The notes: generated by a model not told the origin, from the sequence alone. 63,747 bases of DNA, filler included, from Octopus bimaculoides (GCF_001194135.2; 6 parts of 6 records of this genome joined end to end with filler, not necessarily neighbours in it); one strand, 5' to 3'. Counted from the whole stretch's first letter, positions 12,380-26,048 are shown. Translations and numbers: made by a program.

Positions 12380-13235
12380 ACAGGTGGCCCAGTGGTTAGC
12401 TTGTTGCACTCACATTCGTAAGATTGTGGTTTCCATTCATAGACCCGGACGTACGTCCATTGTGTTCTTAGGTAAAAACACTTCATGTTGTCTCAGTCCA
12501 CTTGGCTGTAAAATGAGCAACACTGTCACAGATGGGTGTCCCTTTCATAGGGAATCTTTTGATCCCTGTTGTTATATTGCCATGGAAGCAGAAAAACCAG
12601 CCCCCATGAGACATTAATACCCAGAGTACTTTATATTTTACATTTAAGGAGCTCAAAACAGCATTTACTATGAATAAGGGCCACATCAAAGGCACCTAAC
12701 CTAGTGATTTGGTTCTTGCGTTAATGATCACGAGATTGCGGTTTCAATTCCTAGACCGGGATGTGCGTTGTGTTCTTGGGTAAAAACACTTCATGTTGCC
12801 CCAGTCCACTCGGCTATGAATAACCCTGTTACAGACTGGTGTCCCTTTCATAGGGAGTCTCTTGATCTCTGTCAGTTACGTTACCATGGAAACGGAGAAA
12901 CCAGCCCTATGAATTTTAGGACTTGAGACAGTAACGCCCAAAGTACTTACTTTACATTTTCCGTTTAAGGACCTCAAAACAGCATTGTCTTCATGTAAGT
13001 GCCACATCAAGGGCATGTAGCTTAGTGCTTAGGGTGTTGCATTCGTGATCACAAGATCGTGGTTTCAATTCTCAAACTGGGCAGTGTGTTGTGTCCTTGT
13101 GCAAAACACTTCTTTTCACTTTGCCCCAGTCTACTCAACTGCAAACGGGGTCACCCTCTGACAGACTGGTATCGCATTCACAGGGAGTTTTTTGATCGCT
13201 GTCAGTTATATTGCCATGGACTTGAGATATGATGT
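12380..13235 (+). repeat. Tandem triplication of a ~315-bp SINE-containing unit in an RNF10 intron
   Basis: Three diverged tRNA-like heads at about 12383, 12691 and 13010 with the same body. The spacer TTAAGGA(G/C)CTCAAAACAGCATT…GCCACATCAA is also repeated. Confidence 0.75.
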
Positions 13236-13350
13236 GCCTACTGAGTACTAAAAGCTAAAATGCAGTTCGTTGCTATGGAAGATTTTGGGGGAAACGGCGA
13301 TCGTCCAGGGGCTTTCTTTCTCAAATATATTGTTGTCGGTCTTTTTGTAG

Positions 13351-13476
13351 ATCCGCATTGCTAACTTGTCACAGCCTACCACTGGCGATGATGTACAGGA
13401 AGGTCTCCCGACCAGCTTTGGTAACCTGAAACTTGATGACGCCCCTGCCAAGGAAACCTTTCAGGCTTCTTCTAAG
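13351..13476 (+). CDS. RNF10: RNF10 coding exon (last one present before the linker)
   Basis: ctttttgtag|…|gtaacg, 126 nt, in phase with the previous exon. Translates IRIANLSQPTTGDDVQEGLPTSFGNLKLDDAPAKETFQASSK; the end resembles RNF10 APLAKESVFQPRK. Confidence 0.75.
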
Positions 13477-13836
13477 GTAACGGACAGGTTTTCATATACA
13501 CATGCATACATACTCACACACATATATGTAAACACACACATACATGCACACACATCCATACACATACTCATACATACACACAGACATAAACACTCATACA
13601 TACATATACTTACACACACATGCACATATACATACACACACATATATATATATCATCATCATCATCATCATCATCGTTTAACGTCCGCTTTCCATGCTAG
13701 CATGGGTTGGACGATTTGACTGAGGACTGGTGAAACCAGATGGCAACACCAGGCTCCAGTCTGATTTGGCAGAGTTTCTACAGCTGGATGCCCTTCCTAA
13801 CGCCAACCACTCAGAGAGTGTAGTGGGTGCTTTTAC

Positions 13837-13873
<37 letters not shown>

Positions 13874-13899
13874 TACTCATGCACAGTGTATATACACAT

Positions 13900-13999
13900 N
13901 NNNNNNNNNNNNNNNNNNNNNNNNNNNNNNNNNNNNNNNNNNNTTAATTAATTAANNNNNNNNNNNNNNNNNNNNNNNNNNNNNNNNNNNNNNNNNNNN
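13900..13999. other. Artificial scaffold linker 1
   Basis: 44 N + TTAATTAATTAA (13944-13955) + 44 N. Confidence 0.95.
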
Positions 14000-14062
<63 letters not shown>

Positions 14063-14469
14063 TAGAGAGAGGATGATGTATATATATATATATATATGTT
14101 CAGTCACACATTATTGCAAACATACGTACGTAATACGTCTTGATGAACAACTCGACATAACTTTCAAATACATATTTTTTTTCTGTCTGCCTGTCTGCTT
14201 AAATGCACGACTAAACAAACTCTTTTCAAGCGTTATAGCTTCCCAACCACCCTCTGCATCCATCTCAAAGTGTTAACACCCGCTCTAATAACATAATAAT
14301 ACTAATACTACTACTAATAATAATAATAGTTCTTGCATAACTTGCAGCTAATTGTATGGAATGTTATGCGTTGTAAAAGTTAAGAATTAGAATAAAATTA
14401 GATAATATGATTTCATACTTTCAAAATATTCGCTTCTATTAATCATGTCCGCTCTATTTAACATAGACA

Positions 14470-15335
14470 GTGTGGTTGTGTATGTATGTATGCATGCATG
14501 CATGTATGTATTTATGTGTGCATGTGTGTATGTATGTATGTATGTGTGTATGCATGTATGTGTGTGTATGGGTGTGTGTGCGAGCATGAGTGTCTATGTA
14601 TGTGTGTGTGCGTACGTATGTCTGTATGAATGCATGTATGAATATACGTGTGTATATATATATGTATGTATGTATGTGTGTATGTGTGTATGCGTGCATG
14701 TGTGTATGTACGTATGTGTGTGTGCGTGCGTGTGTGCGTATGTATGCATGCATGTATGAATGTATATGTGTATGTATACGTGTGTATATGTTCGTGTGCG
14801 TGCGCATGCATGTGTGTGTTATGCATGCATGTGTGTGTGCGTGCATGTGTGTGTATGTATGCATGTATGAATGCATGTGTGTATATAGGTATGTATGCAT
14901 GTGCGTATGTGTTCATGCGTGTGTGTGTACGTATGGATGTATGGAAATAAGTATAGGAGTTGTTGCTTGTGTGTGTACGCGCCTTGTATCCAGTTCATCT
15001 GGTCTATGTACTAATATATATGCTGTATATTTATTTGTGTGTGTGCGTGTGTGTACGTCTGTATACATGTGTGTGTGCGCGCGCAGGCGTGCCTATATGC
15101 ACATATGCGCATTTATTTATCTTTGCATATATGCATACCTATGTACATTCATGGATGCATCCATTGGTGCATACATATTTACATACATACATGCATTCAT
15201 ACATTTATACATACGTAAATGCATCTATAATTACTTACATACATACACACATCTATACATATACCAATACATACACACACACATATATATATACTCATAT
15301 ATATATACTCATATATATATATATATATATATATA
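14470..15335. repeat. Compound degenerate (TG/TATG/CATG) microsatellite
   Basis: Directly visible; produces C/V/M/Y-rich and H/T-rich pseudo-ORFs in all frames. Confidence 0.9.
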
Positions 15336-16576
15336 NNNNNNNNNNNNNNNNNNNNNNNNNNNNNNNNNNNNNNNNNNNNNNNNNNNNNNNNNNNNNNNNN
15401 NNNNNNNNNNNNNNNNNNNNNNNNNNNNNNNNNNNNNNNNNNNNNNNNNNNNNNNNNNNNNNNNNNNNNNNNNNNNNNNNNNNNNNNNNNNNNNNNNNNN
15501 NNNNNNNNNNNNNNNNNNNNNNNNNNNNNNNNNNNNNNNNNNNNNNNNNNNNNNNNNNNNNNNNNNNNNNNNNNNNNNNNNNNNNNNNNNNNNNNNNNNN
15601 NNNNNNNNNNNNNNNNNNNNNNNNNNNNNNNNNNNNNNNNNNNNNNNNNNNNNNNNNNNNNNNNNNNNNNNNNNNNNNNNNNNNNNNNNNNNNNNNNNNN
15701 NNNNNNNNNNNNNNNNNNNNNNNNNNNNNNNNNNNNNNNNNNNNNNNNNNNNNNNNNNNNNNNNNNNNNNNNNNNNNNNNNNNNNNNNNNNNNNNNNNNN
15801 NNNNNNNNNNNNNNNNNNNNNNNNNNNNNNNNNNNNNNNNNNNNNNNNNNNNNNNNNNNNNNNNNNNNNNNNNNNNNNNNNNNNNNNNNNNNNNNNNNNN
15901 NNNNNNNNNNNNNNNNNNNNNNNNNNNNNNNNNNNNNNNNNNNNNNNNNNNNNNNNNNNNNNNNNNNNNNNNNNNNNNNNNNNNNNNNNNNNNNNNNNNN
16001 NNNNNNNNNNNNNNNNNNNNNNNNNNNNNNNNNNNNNNNNNNNNNNNNNNNNNNNNNNNNGAGGGAGGAAGTGGAACAAGGAGGAAGGGACAGAAGGGTA
16101 TAGCAGTGAAGTAGAGGCCAGGACAGAGGGGTAGATAGGAAGATAGAGGAAGACAGATAAATAAATAGATAGAAAGATAGATAGATAGATAGACAGATAG
16201 ATAGATAGATAGATAGTCACGTCAGAATAATAGTAGACTTACTTGCAAAATAGGACGTGTGCGTTCAATAATGTAATAATACAAAGAATATATATACATG
16301 TATACACACATATATGTACATACTTACATCTACATGTGTATATATATGCATATCAGGGTACAGGACGTTAGAACAATAAACTACAGACAACGGAACGAAC
16401 ACATAGGAAAACGGAAAGCCATATACATATATATTATATATATATATCTAGATAGATAGATAGATAGATAGTGGCCTAGTATATAAAAAATCTGAAAATT
16501 CAGAAAAATTGGATTACATGCGTATAAGAAGGGATGACCACTAAGTGGACATCCTATATCCTAGAAAGAGGTCAGC

Positions 16577-16607
<31 letters not shown>

Positions 16608-17516
16608 GTCGCCATGCTTGACTGCTAAATCCACAAGTTTTTTTTTTATTCTCTCTGTTTATTTTCTCTTATTCCTTTCTGTTGAAGAGCGTAGGCTCAA
16701 AATGTAATAGACTTCATTTTCCCGAGCGTCAAACTGATATACCTGTTTGTTGTTCATACAGCCGTCCTCGTTTTTTATTTTACCATCAATTTCAACTATG
16801 CACACATACAAACACATACACACAATACATACACACATACACACAATACATACACACATACACACAATACATACACATACATACACATATACACGCTCAT
16901 AAAGAGAGAAAGATCTATAACTACATGCACACCTCCATACATATATATATAGGTACAAACATACACACAAGCAAAACATACATACACACTTATGTATATG
17001 TATATATATACTTACATACATTTATATAAACGATTATACATACATTCATACATTCATGATGGCTGTCCTCTTGTTACCAAGAATGACCATCACTGAACAT
17101 TTAGAACATTGTGCACTGGGACAAATCTAGACTTAACGCTTTTGGCTTCACTATAATCCAGTACAACCTGTTGCATGGTCGGGAGATCGCTGACTAAACT
17201 GGCACCCTCGGCAGGCTTAGGATTAAAAACAAAAGGATGGATTGAGCCAGTTATTCAAGGATCGTTTAAGCAGGATGGGCTACTCGAGTTGACGAAAATT
17301 CTATCTGGGCCCCGCCTGCAATGTCATGCGCGATTTATCTTGATATGAGACCACCCTGTCGCACACATATGTTTGTGATGCAAATGTCTGCTGTACCCTT
17401 ATCGGACGGGCAATCATGATGGGTATTCTGGGCTTCGTATATATTTGGACCCCATTGTTACACTGATGGCATACATTGCTCTCTCACTCAATAATAGTAA
17501 TAAAAATAATAATAAC

Positions 17517-17574
<58 letters not shown>

Positions 17575-19684
17575 GTTAATAATAATAATAATAATAATAA
17601 TGATAATAATAATAATAATAATAATAATANNNNNNNNNNNNNNNNNNNNNNNNNNNNNNNNNNNNNNNNNNNNNNNNNNNNNNNNNNNNNNNNNNNNNNN
17701 NNNNNNNNNNNNNNNNNNNNNNNNNNNNNNNNNNNNNNNNNNNNNNNNNNNNNNNNNNNNNNNNNNNNNNNNNNNNNNNNNNNNNNNNNNNNNNNNNNNN
17801 NNNNNNNNNNNNNNNNNNNNNNNNNNNNNNNNNNNAGGAGGAGGAGGGTATTTTGATTTTACCATTGCTTAATATTTCAATAGAATATTTTTCTATGGAA
17901 TACTAATGCATTAGATATGGTCTGATATAAATGTTTGTTTGATTCTGCTCGTCTAAGACGTTATTAAATGACACAGCAGGTTTGCTTTGTACCAACACTT
18001 AGGGCTTATGCTGTGCTCATATACATACATACATACATACATACATACATACATACATACATACATACATACATACATGCATGCATGCATACATACATAC
18101 ATACAACATGTGTCATAGATATTGGTCTAATCTTGTCCGTTTCTTTGCAGGTAGTTCCAGATGTACTATATTGACATTAGGCTTGTTTTGGAGTGTGATA
18201 TCCTATTCAAGGTGCAAAGTTGATTGAGCAGCAACGCATCAAGTTGTGTACGTCAGTTATATTGTCTGAATGTCCATTTCGGGATTAGCTCTATTTTGTA
18301 AAATCTATTTTGTAGCCATAAGTAATCACTATTTGCTTATTATTACTTGCAATAATAAGCTGGTGGCTTTCCATGTAAGGTTTATAATTTTTACGCTGTT
18401 GACACCATCAGACTGAATGGTGCTGCCCAGATGTTGAAGCCATAGTGACATCTGTTTGGGCAGTTGATGATGAGAATGCACATATGTCATTTTCGATTGT
18501 GAACCTCATATATCTGAGAGGCCAGAGTAGAAGACACTTGCCAAAGTGCCACGAAATGGGACTGAACCTGGGACCATGTGGTTGGGAAACAAGCTTCTTA
18601 CCACACAGCCACTCCTGCGCTTATATAGATATACGACGGGCTTCATTCAGTTTCCTTCCACCAAATCCACTCACAAGGCTTTGATCGTCCAGAGGCTATA
18701 GTTGAAGGCACTCCTGCGCCTATTTGACAATTTTTATTAGTTGTTTCTTTCACTTTTATTTTTTGTCGCTGCATTCAGTCGAATCTCCTGAAGAGTTGAT
18801 GTTTGTCAATACAAAAACCTACGTCTTTTCTGAAGATGAAACATATTTTAGAGGCCATTCATCTTTAATGCCAAGCAAATACAACTTGTGAAATAAAATA
18901 ATATAAACGAAAAATAGAGCTGGAAAATGTTCAAGTTGTTTCTCGCCACACAAATTCCTAGCCCTGAAATTCAAGGATGATCTTGTAGATGGATACGTTA
19001 TTTGACATCAAAGGTCATGTGACTAGCGTTTGACGTCATGTGTTGTTTAAATCTTTAAAACTCTTGTCTGCTATTTCATTCAACACACAGCTGAATGCAG
19101 TCGGTAAGCGAAGCAAGGCTGGCTGCATCATACCCTTAGGTATACGTTTATCATGGTTGTTACTACTACATATATACACACGTCAATATAACAGTGTATT
19201 GAGTGCTATTTTCTATCATACAAATAAACAAATATCCTAAGTATATTTGTGTGTATATATAAATGTACGCGTGTGTATTAATGCGTGTTTGCATGCATGT
19301 GAAAGTTCACGCTTTCATATTGTATATAAGGGCGAAGGTTCCTTCCTGGCGCTCCAGCAGTTTATTTCTGGTTAAAGAACTGAGATCTGTTCTAAGTAAA
19401 CTAGAAAAACACAGATTTCACTGCACAGAGTTTTTGTATATTTGCTGCATTCCTGCAACTGAAATGGCTGTATCTATTACACTCAGCCTTTGAAGTCATC
19501 TACACTTCATATCATATTTTATATATAGATATATATATATGAATAACTAGATTCATACATACGTAGACACATATATGTATGTATATACATACTTATATGC
19601 ACGTATATATATATTCATACATACACGCACGCACATAGAGACACAAACAAACATAGACACATGCAGATATACATATACATATAC

Positions 19685-19736
<52 letters not shown>

Positions 19737-19783
19737 GTATATACATATATGTATATATATGATATATATATGTATATACATAC

Positions 19784-19823
<40 letters not shown>

Positions 19824-20132
19824 ATGTATAAATAAATAAATATATATGTGTGTGTGTATATGTATATATGTAAGCACATGTATATATTTACGTATTCTTC
19901 TTGCAGGTCTATTTAGTACAGACGCATATAAAAATATATAATTACTATTTTCGCTTTTAATATATTCTCAATGGAGAAACAAAGATGGTCTCCTATGTAT
20001 GCATGTATGCACACACCTAAATTATACATTCACACATAGATACATAAACATATATGTATATGTATGTATCAACGAAGGTATGTATGCATGTGTGTATTTA
20101 CGTATGTATAAATATATATATACATATATATA

Positions 20133-20232
20133 NNNNNNNNNNNNNNNNNNNNNNNNNNNNNNNNNNNNNNNNNNNNTTAATTAATTAANNNNNNNNNNNN
20201 NNNNNNNNNNNNNNNNNNNNNNNNNNNNNNNN
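20133..20232. other. Artificial scaffold linker 2
   Basis: 44 N + TTAATTAATTAA (20177-20188) + 44 N. Confidence 0.95.
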
Positions 20233-20507
20233 ATATATATATATATATATATAAATAGAGTTATTAATATTTCTAAGTCTCTCTAAAGGAGACTACGACA
20301 GCGGTACTGGAAATTAATAGTTATCGCCAAGCCAACATGGCAGTCCCATGTATACCATGATCAAGGTGTAGAGATGGCACACTCTAAATGGATAAGGTAA
20401 AATAATCCGATGGTAGAAAGAATTCCACGAATGAAGTATTCCAAAGCCTGTCGGAGTGACGGAGATCCGTGTGAGCAAAGGATAAAGAGTTAATAAAAAG
20501 AAAACTC

Positions 20508-20885
20508 TAAAGAAAAACACAAGAAAAATACAGCAACACGAGGACGTGATATATGCAAAGTATTAAAAGGCGCTCAAGGAAGGAAAGAAAGGGTATTTTA
20601 CGTTTCGAGCATAGCACTTCTTCAGAAAGAGGAGACAGAGGATAGTACAAGAGAAAAGGAAGACTGAGGAAAAAATCTCCAGCAATCTGCATGTAGTTAC
20701 AAGCGATTTCTTTCTTCCGTCTTCCTTTCCTCTTGGACTTCCCTCTGTCTCCTTTTTCTGAAGAAGTGCTTTGCTCGAAACGTAAAACGCATTTTCTTTC
20801 CTTCCCTCACTGTATTTTAATACTTTGCATGTACCACGTCCTCGCGTTGTTGTTCTTTTTCTTGTGCTTTTTCTTCGTTTTTTTT
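20508..20885. mobile_element. Fold-back (tail-to-tail) element, each arm carrying a hammerhead-like motif
   Basis: Arms of about 170 bp, roughly 80% complementary by eye, with a short spacer. Motif TTT-CTGAAGA-A-GTGC-NNN-GCTC-GAAA-CGTA-AAA occurs at 20596-20628 (-) and 20754-20787 (+). Confidence 0.75.
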
Positions 20886-22779
20886 TTCTGGATTGATTAT
20901 ATATATGTACCACCATATATATCTGGAAATTGCGGTTTCGATTTCCAGACCGCGTTGTGTGTGTGTGTTCTTGAGCAAAAACATTTGACTTCCCATTGCT
21001 CTGGGATCATTTCTACATCTGGCGTGTGGCACACTGGTGCACCTGTACAAGGTATGTCAATTTAATTGCAAGAGTCAGATTATATATGAACATGAACATT
21101 TGATTACTATAAATAAATCAACTGCGTGATTGTACTGCAAGGAATCGTGTAACACTCGTCGAACGATGACAGCGTCGAGCATATATATATATGAATACGT
21201 GTGTATGTTTGTGTCTATATGTGTTTATGCGTGTGGGTATATATGTGTGCATGTACGTGTGTGTGGGATGTGAGTGCGTGTGTGTGTAACAAACACCTAC
21301 AGAAACTGAATCCACATTTTCCACATTGTAATATAATTCATCTATTGTTAAGTCATTTTGTACTAAGAAATTAACGAGATTATGTTGGTCTCCGTCATTT
21401 TTCAAGGCATTCATCGATCAAGTCTAATGTAAAAGTAGAACCTTAATGTCCCCGGTTGACCTAATTAAATTAGCTAAAATATAAATGCACAAGCCAACAG
21501 ACCTTTCTCTCTGTCTCTGCGGTCAATCCATCTCAAATCAAAAGAGCATGGCTGTATTCCTCAATTCAGTTGTAATCTACCATGAGCGCAAGAACAAATC
21601 TGTTGTTCGATCTATCTATCCGCATTGATTATCTTATTCTTTCCATTTTCTCTAGTAGTAACAGGGATGAACTAACTACTAACCTTCATACAGAATGCGC
21701 AAAAGATTTACAACCAAGCTCTGTGCACACTCAGAACTCGACGAAAATGTATAGTTTATATACTGTAACGACTCGTATTACAACCATATACTTAATACAT
21801 GGTCATATTAATAATTAAATAATATTATTCTCCATTCAGTTATGTAATGTTTTTTCATTAAAATACACATACACACATACACACACACACTCATATATAT
21901 ATATATATATATATACACCAATATGCACATTAGTGTTTCTGTATATGTGGGGAGTGTGTGTGTGATTGTGTGCATGTGTGCGTGTGTATGTGTGCGTGTG
22001 TGAGTGAGAATCTTTGTACTTCTTCACACTGGAAAACTTTGTCTTTATCTCTGGTTAAGATGAAATCATTTACGGTGTGGACAGCAAGAGCTCTCTCCTA
22101 ACATATATCTGGTATCACTTCCGTTTCTGTAACAAAAGCCTGATGATGAAATATTATATCCCATAATTCATATTGACGGTTATATCCTTTCACTGACGGT
22201 GCCATGCTATCATTTTTCCGCTATTTAATTTCTTCCCATGTGTTGTCGATTATTTCAGCATTTTCTCACTTTACTTCGCCTCGAAATTTCAGGTGTAAAG
22301 ATAATTAATGTTGACTATAAAATGAAAATGAAAGTAGACAATGTTAAAACACTTATACGAAAGTGATGGTGAGTAAGGAATATTAACGGTGCATTAAGAG
22401 TAAAAGGTAGGGGCGCGTGGTCTAGTGGTTAGGGCGTCGATTAAAGATCGAACTTCGTTTCATGTTGTTTCAGTCTACACAGCTGTAAAAGAATAACTCT
22501 TCTACGTACTGGCGTCACGTTCACATGGTTACGTAAACGCCATGGAAACCGAGTAACCGGCCATATGAATCCTTGTTCGTGAGATAGTAATGCTCAGAGA
22601 TTGGTGATGAGGAATAGTGCTGAAAACTGGAGCAAATGCGAGAGTAAACCAACAGTTTTACATGAACCTGATCTTCCAGCTAAGGGAATAGGGACAAAAT
22701 TGAGATGAAACCGCAAGGCTGAAAACATACGGTTTCAAATTTTGACACAAGTTTAACAAGCTACGAGGAAAAAGAAAGT

Positions 22780-22943
22780 CCATTACACCGATTCCAGTTT
22801 TCAACTGGTGCTGATTTTATCGACCTCAAAATAATAAAAGGCAAAGTCGACCTCGGCGGAATTTGAACTCAGTACGTAAAGATGGATTAAATGCCGTTAA
22901 GCATTTTTCCCTGCGTGCTAACGATTCCGCCAGATCACCGCCT
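22780..22943 (-). mobile_element. tRNA-derived SINE (third family, with GGTCGACTTTGCCTTTCATCC core)
   Basis: Head AGGCGGTGATCTGGCGGAATCGTTAGCACGC…GAGTTCAAATTCCGCCGAGGTCGACTTTGCC. Copies at 7305-7510, 25312-25457, 46370-46552 and 50250-50430. Confidence 0.8.
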
Positions 22944-24805
22944 AACAAGCCTGAATAAACAATATTATAACAGAAAAAGAGGTCACTTATATATACATAG
23001 TAAGATTTTATTCACTATATATACGGAAGTGACATAATTTATTCCTTTTGCCCTTTTTTTTCTGTTTGATTTGTTTCAGTCACTGGACTTGGCTAAGCAA
23101 GAAGACTACTTTGAAGTGTTTAGTCCAGGCATCGGCATCCTGCAGAACGCCGGTACTCTAACGAAAAATTACTTTGAATTTTCGAATAATGCAGCCCATT
23201 GGATGATGAGGCATGTCTTATGCTGCCCTGTTTTGGATGAAGGTTCGCCATGGTTGGTTTAGTCGAACACATAGACAATTGTAAGTATAACTGTTCTATT
23301 TGTGACTTTTTCTGAACCACTAAGTTCAGTTTATTTTTTCATTTATTCATTTATGTATTTATCTATTTATTTGAGATGTTTGGTAACCACTGCTTAACTC
23401 CCAGATCTATACTGACTCGCAGTAGTCGCACTTATCAGTGTCTCAGCTAGTGTTAATTATCATCTCACTGAAATGCTTTCGGAAGAAGTTCACTTACAAA
23501 CATCCCCACAAATCTAGAGCATATGAGACGCTTCAGCTCTTTAGGTGCCCATCTTGGAGTAGTTAACTCCTTATAAATCCTCCATCCGGATAACTACTGG
23601 GTTTGTGATACATGCTTCGGTAGGTCAATACAAGTTTGCAGTGTAAGAAAATGTGGATGGCTCTGCACAATCCATAACCCGTGCAGATTGTTCAGTAAAC
23701 GGGACACCAGCATCGATATCATAAGATTGAACGCTGTGCAGCTGTGTGTTACTCAACCCTCATACGTTTGGTATTACACTTTGCATGAAGTGGTTAGGGC
23801 ATTAGACTCACAATCGTAATGTCGTGAGTTCGATTCTCGGCGGTGCGTTGTGTCCTTAAACATGACACTTTATTGCCTAAGCCCAGTCAGCTCTGCAAAA
23901 ATTGGCCGTTCCTGACACATTGGATTTGAAACGGAGAATCTCCTCGAGAATTACGTTAAGAACACACCTGACTAGTTATTTGTCCCTTTAATTTCATGAG
24001 CAGGCTTTTCCGTTGAACGAATCAACTGGAACACTCGTCGTCGTAATCGACGTTGAACGAAATGAAGATTACACTTGACCTTCAAACTAAAATCAATTTA
24101 ACACACATCCCTGTGTTTTGTTTAATACTATGCCTTATTAATATGCTAACTAAGCAGGATGATAACTTCAGAGAAAATCCCATCGATGGTCTGGATATAA
24201 TATGCAAGAGTTAACACCAAATAACAGGTACGATTAAGTATTTTTATGTTATGATGAGGACAGTTTCATCCGCTGTAAGTGCCTATTAAAATCTTACGGT
24301 TTTGCCATCGAACAAGAATAATGACAGAGATGTCCTTCAACTTCCGTAGCGCAACAATATCTGAATACATATTTATTTGAAAATGTCTATCAAATGTACC
24401 TTGTAATTTGAATATAACCTGATATACATATGTTCATGTATATGTGTGTGTGTATGTGTGTGTGTGTCTCTGTGTGTGTGTGAGTGAGTGCGTACAGACA
24501 CACGTGTGCAGACACACAAACATGCTCGCATGCAGCACACACGCATATACATGTAACTGGGTAAGATTCGAAGTTGCGTTCGTTTTATAGAGGGAATGCA
24601 CTTTTGTCTCTGAAACTACAATTGTTCATAACTCTTCTTTTGAGAGTCGTAGTTTGTTTCCCTTCCATTCTGAGCATTTCTGCTTTTTATACCTTTATTA
24701 CTATTTCACCTTAATTGGCTTTCATTAACCTTATTGCTCTTTTTACCAATAACATCAGCGTTTAGATTTTCAATGTATCTACTTTCAGCGGTTTTATATC
24801 CATCT

Positions 24806-25260
24806 TTTTTACTTGTTTCAGTCATTTGACTGTGGCCATGCTGGAGCACCGCCTTTAGTCGAGCAAATCGACCGAGGACTTATTCTTTGTAAGCCTAGTA
24901 CCTATTCTATCGGTTTCTTTTGCCGAACCGCTAAGTTACGGGGACGTATACACACCAGCATCGGTTGTCAAGTGATGTAGGGGGACAAACACAGACAAAC
25001 AAACATACACACACACACACACATACATATATNNNNNNNNNNNNNNNNNNNNNNNNNNNNNNNNNNNNNNNNNNNNNNNNNNNNNNNNNNNNNATATATA
25101 TATATATATATATACGACGGGCTACTTTCAGTTTCCGTCAACCAAATCCACTCACAAGTCTTTGGTCGGCCCGAGGCTATAGTAGAAGACACTTGCCCAA
25201 GGTGCCCGGAACCGTGTGGTTCGTAAATAAGGTACTTACCACACAGCCACTCCTACGCCT
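24806..25260 (-). mobile_element. tRNA-derived SINE with internal (CA)/(TA) microsatellite
   Basis: Minus-strand head AGGCGTAGGAGTGGCTGTGTGGTAAG…GGCACCTTGGGCAAG; body ends …CAGTCAAATGACTGAAACAAGTAAAA. Related copies at 4400-4530, 10078-10346, 18545-18720, 43540-43630, 53895-54040 and 58020-58330. Confidence 0.85.
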
Positions 25261-25454
25261 ATAATCATTTGAACATGCTTGACGATTTTTTTGTTTATTA
25301 TTACAATTCTTAAGGCGGCGAGCATGCAGAATCTTTAGCACACTGGACGAAATGCTTAAATGTATTTCGCCCGTCGCTACGTTCTGAATCCAAGTCACAC
25401 CGAGGTCGACTTTGCCCTTCATCCTTTCGGGAATAGTTAAGTACCAGTTGTGCA

Positions 25455-25720
25455 CTGCAGTTCTGCAGCCATTGTCAGATCCTATTCCAATCAGTCTCAT
25501 ATTTATCTTTCAAGAACTGACTATGCATTTTCTTGGCCTGCCAAATTTTCTTCGTCGGCTCTCCCTGGTCTTTCTTAAATTGTGTTGGATCTACGGCTTC
25601 ATCCACTTTTAAGGTTCTCTGCATTTCACTGCTTCAATCATTTCTTCTTCACAAGGTGTTCCAGCCTCATTCACGCCGTTCCCATTTTTATTTTTATTTT
25701 CTAGTTCAGTACTCATGATG
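25455..25720 (-). mobile_element. Fragment of an R4/Dong-type LINE (region upstream of ETEGLI)
   Basis: Minus strand reads …KKIWQAKKMHSQFLKDKYETDWNRI*QWLQ, the W..K.MHGQF…W.WL motif typical of this clade. Confidence 0.55.
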
Positions 25721-25969
25721 AGGGTTAGTGAATTTAGGGTTGCACAACTACCAGGATATTTTTTTTCCGTGGTACCATCACTGAAAAGATACCCACCCTA
25801 TGATATAGGATTCCTGTAATCCTGGTTTAGATTTTGGAGTTTCATTACAGTATCTAGATAGGAATATTTGGAGACGTTCAGCAAAAAAAAAACAGAAAAG
25901 AAAAGAGGAAGAAATATTTAACTAACTGTCTTCAGCATTGTACAGCTAGCCTCTTGGCACTATTATTAG

Positions 25970-26048
<79 letters not shown>

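Noticed and set aside
14590-16134. 514-aa ORF and the many other long ORFs containing X runs
   Set aside because: They consist of microsatellite translation plus N gaps and have no coding signal.
18780-18850. Further hammerhead-like CTGAAGA-GTTGA…TCAAT (also CTGATGA at 22140 and 26537)
   Set aside because: No correctly placed GAAA, stem III or stem I; too degenerate to call.
18151-19945. Acceptor sites at 18151 and 19907 as downstream RNF10 exons
   Set aside because: They lie beyond an artificial linker, the RNF10-phase frame stops after VVPDVLY, and there is no RNF10 similarity.
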